Source: Actinomycetota bacterium
GTDB lineage: Bacteria; Actinomycetota; Acidimicrobiia; IMCC26256; PALSA-610
NCBI GenBank assembly: GCA_005779345.1
Contig: SXJQ01000121.1
Location: 1 to 34,089 of the forward strand
Direction of reading: 5' to 3'
DNA: 34,089 nt
Made by a program: the position numbers and the translations under genes. The notes beneath the pieces were generated by a model. That model made no database searches. It had not been told where the DNA came from and was given only the letters and a program-made list of their open reading frames with translations. Of this stretch, positions 33,148 to 34,089 are shown piece by piece (positions within the stretch are counted from its first letter, which is position 1; every line of letters starts with the position of its first letter).

Positions 33148-34089
33148 TCTGGGCTCCCGAGCCGGAGTCGCTTCAGGGTGGCCGAGTTGAGGATCACCGA
33201 CAGGCTCGACAGGGCCATCGCCGCCGCCGCGATGATCGGGTTGAGCAACCCGGCCGCCGCGATCGGGATGGCGGCGGTGTTGTACGCGAAGGCCCAGAAG
33301 AGATTCTGGTGGATCTTGCGCATCGTTGCCCGGCTCAATCGGATCGCGACCGCGACATCACGCACATCGTTCTTGATGAGGATCAGCCCACCGGTCTCCT
33401 TCGCGACGTCGGAGCCCGAACCGATTGCGATGCCGATGTCAGCGGTCGCGAGGGCCGGGGCGTCGTTGATTCCGTCGCCCACCATCGCGACAGCCTCGCC
33501 GGCGTCACGCAACCGTTGGATCTCGATGGCCTTGTCCTGCGGCGCGACATCGGCGATCACGCGCTCGATACCGAGTTGGCGGGCGACCGCCCGCGCGGTC
33601 CGTTCGTTGTCGCCCGTGAGCATCACGACCGTGACCCGATCTCGCTCGAGCTCGGCGATCGCCGATCGGGCGTTCTCCTTCACCGTGTCCGCGACCGCGA
33701 TCACCGCCGCCAGCCGCCCATCGATCGCCATCAGCATGGCGGTCTTCCCGTCTTCTTCGAGCCCGCGTACGCCTTCTTCGGCGGCCGGCGCGACCGCGAC
33801 CTCGCCCTTCACCATCAAGCGCCGGTTGCCGAGCAGCACATCACGTCCATTCACCGTCACGCTCACGCCGCATCCAGGGATCGCTTGGAACGCGTGGGTC
33901 TGCGGACGTTCGCCGCCGTCCATCAGCGCCCGCCGGATGATCGCGTCGGCGAGCGGATGTTCACTTCCGGATTCGGCGGCCCCGGCGAACCGCAACACCT
34001 CGGCTTCGTCCCACGAGCGCGAAGTTCCAGGGTCGGCCAAGACGAGCACATCGGTGACCGACGGCTCTCCCTTGGTCAGCGTGCCGGTC
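33144..34089 (-). CDS. copA: heavy-metal P1B-type ATPase, Cu(I)-type, C-terminal ~315 aa (5' part outside the window)
   Basis: The window edge encodes TGTLTKGEPSVTDV (the DKTGT phosphorylation loop). It also contains SEHPLADAI, MLTGDN and MVGDGINDAPALA. The final TMs, AFAYNTAAIPIAA...MALSSLSVILNS, carry the YN and MxxSS signatures of Cu+/Ag+ P1B-1 pumps. Confidence 0.9.
   Translation of the reverse strand, partial: TGTLTKGEPSVTDVLVLADPGTSRSWDEAEVLRFAGAAESGSEHPLADAIIRRALMDGGERPQTHAFQAIPGCGVSVTVNGRDVLLGNRRLMVKGEVAVAPAAEEGVRGLEEDGKTAMLMAIDGRLAAVIAVADTVKENARSAIAELERDRVTVVMLTGDNERTARAVARQLGIERVIADVAPQDKAIEIQRLRDAGEAVAMVGDGINDAPALATADIGIAIGSGSDVAKETGGLILIKNDVRDVAVAIRLSRATMRKIHQNLFWAFAYNTAAIPIAAAGLLNPIIAAAAMALSSLSVILNSATLKRLRLGSPE

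Overview
This is a high-GC (about 70% by eye) chromosomal window that looks Actinomycetota-like. That taxon call is an inference from protein families and codon bias. All family calls come from motif recognition by eye; no searches were run.

Gene content from left to right:
- A decayed mobile-element patch: a DUF222/HNH gene start, an IS110-family pseudogene and an IS1182/IS5-like remnant.
- A secreted IPT/Calx-beta protein, transcribed divergently from a 1183-aa SARP(BTAD)-P-loop-TPR regulator.
- A translationally coupled arsenic operon: a cysteine-free ArsR wHTH fused to an LMW-phosphatase/ArsC-like domain, a MIP channel, and ArsC.
- A 1109-aa secreted S8 protease with a C-terminal PD40-like propeller.
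- A flavodoxin-like gene, then an APC permease with an aldehyde dehydrogenase.
- A 2017-aa alpha-2-macroglobulin-like lipoprotein that lacks the thioester motif, preceded by DUF1918 and a small acidic ORF.
- Miscellaneous enzymes: a DinB/MDMPI-like protein, an RfbH/ColD-like PLP-fold enzyme with Lys replaced by His, an acyl-CoA carboxyltransferase, a GNAT, DUF2461, and a stand-alone priA.
- A mazF toxin with only a 47-56 aa upstream ORF.
- A mosaic metal-resistance region: a membrane-anchored Met/Trp/Cys-rich repeat protein divergent from a CmtR-like regulator plus a short CDF-like transporter; a GNAT remnant, a hypothetical gene and a phd-vapC cassette; then a DUF2933, DUF2892, small membrane protein and Cu(I)-type P1B ATPase operon, which is truncated at the window edge.

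No rRNA, tRNA or CRISPR array was seen. I did not find one unambiguous new multi-gene system. The most unusual items are the Met/Trp/Cys-rich protein, the orphan thioester-less A2M lipoprotein, and the Cys-free ArsR-phosphatase fusion.
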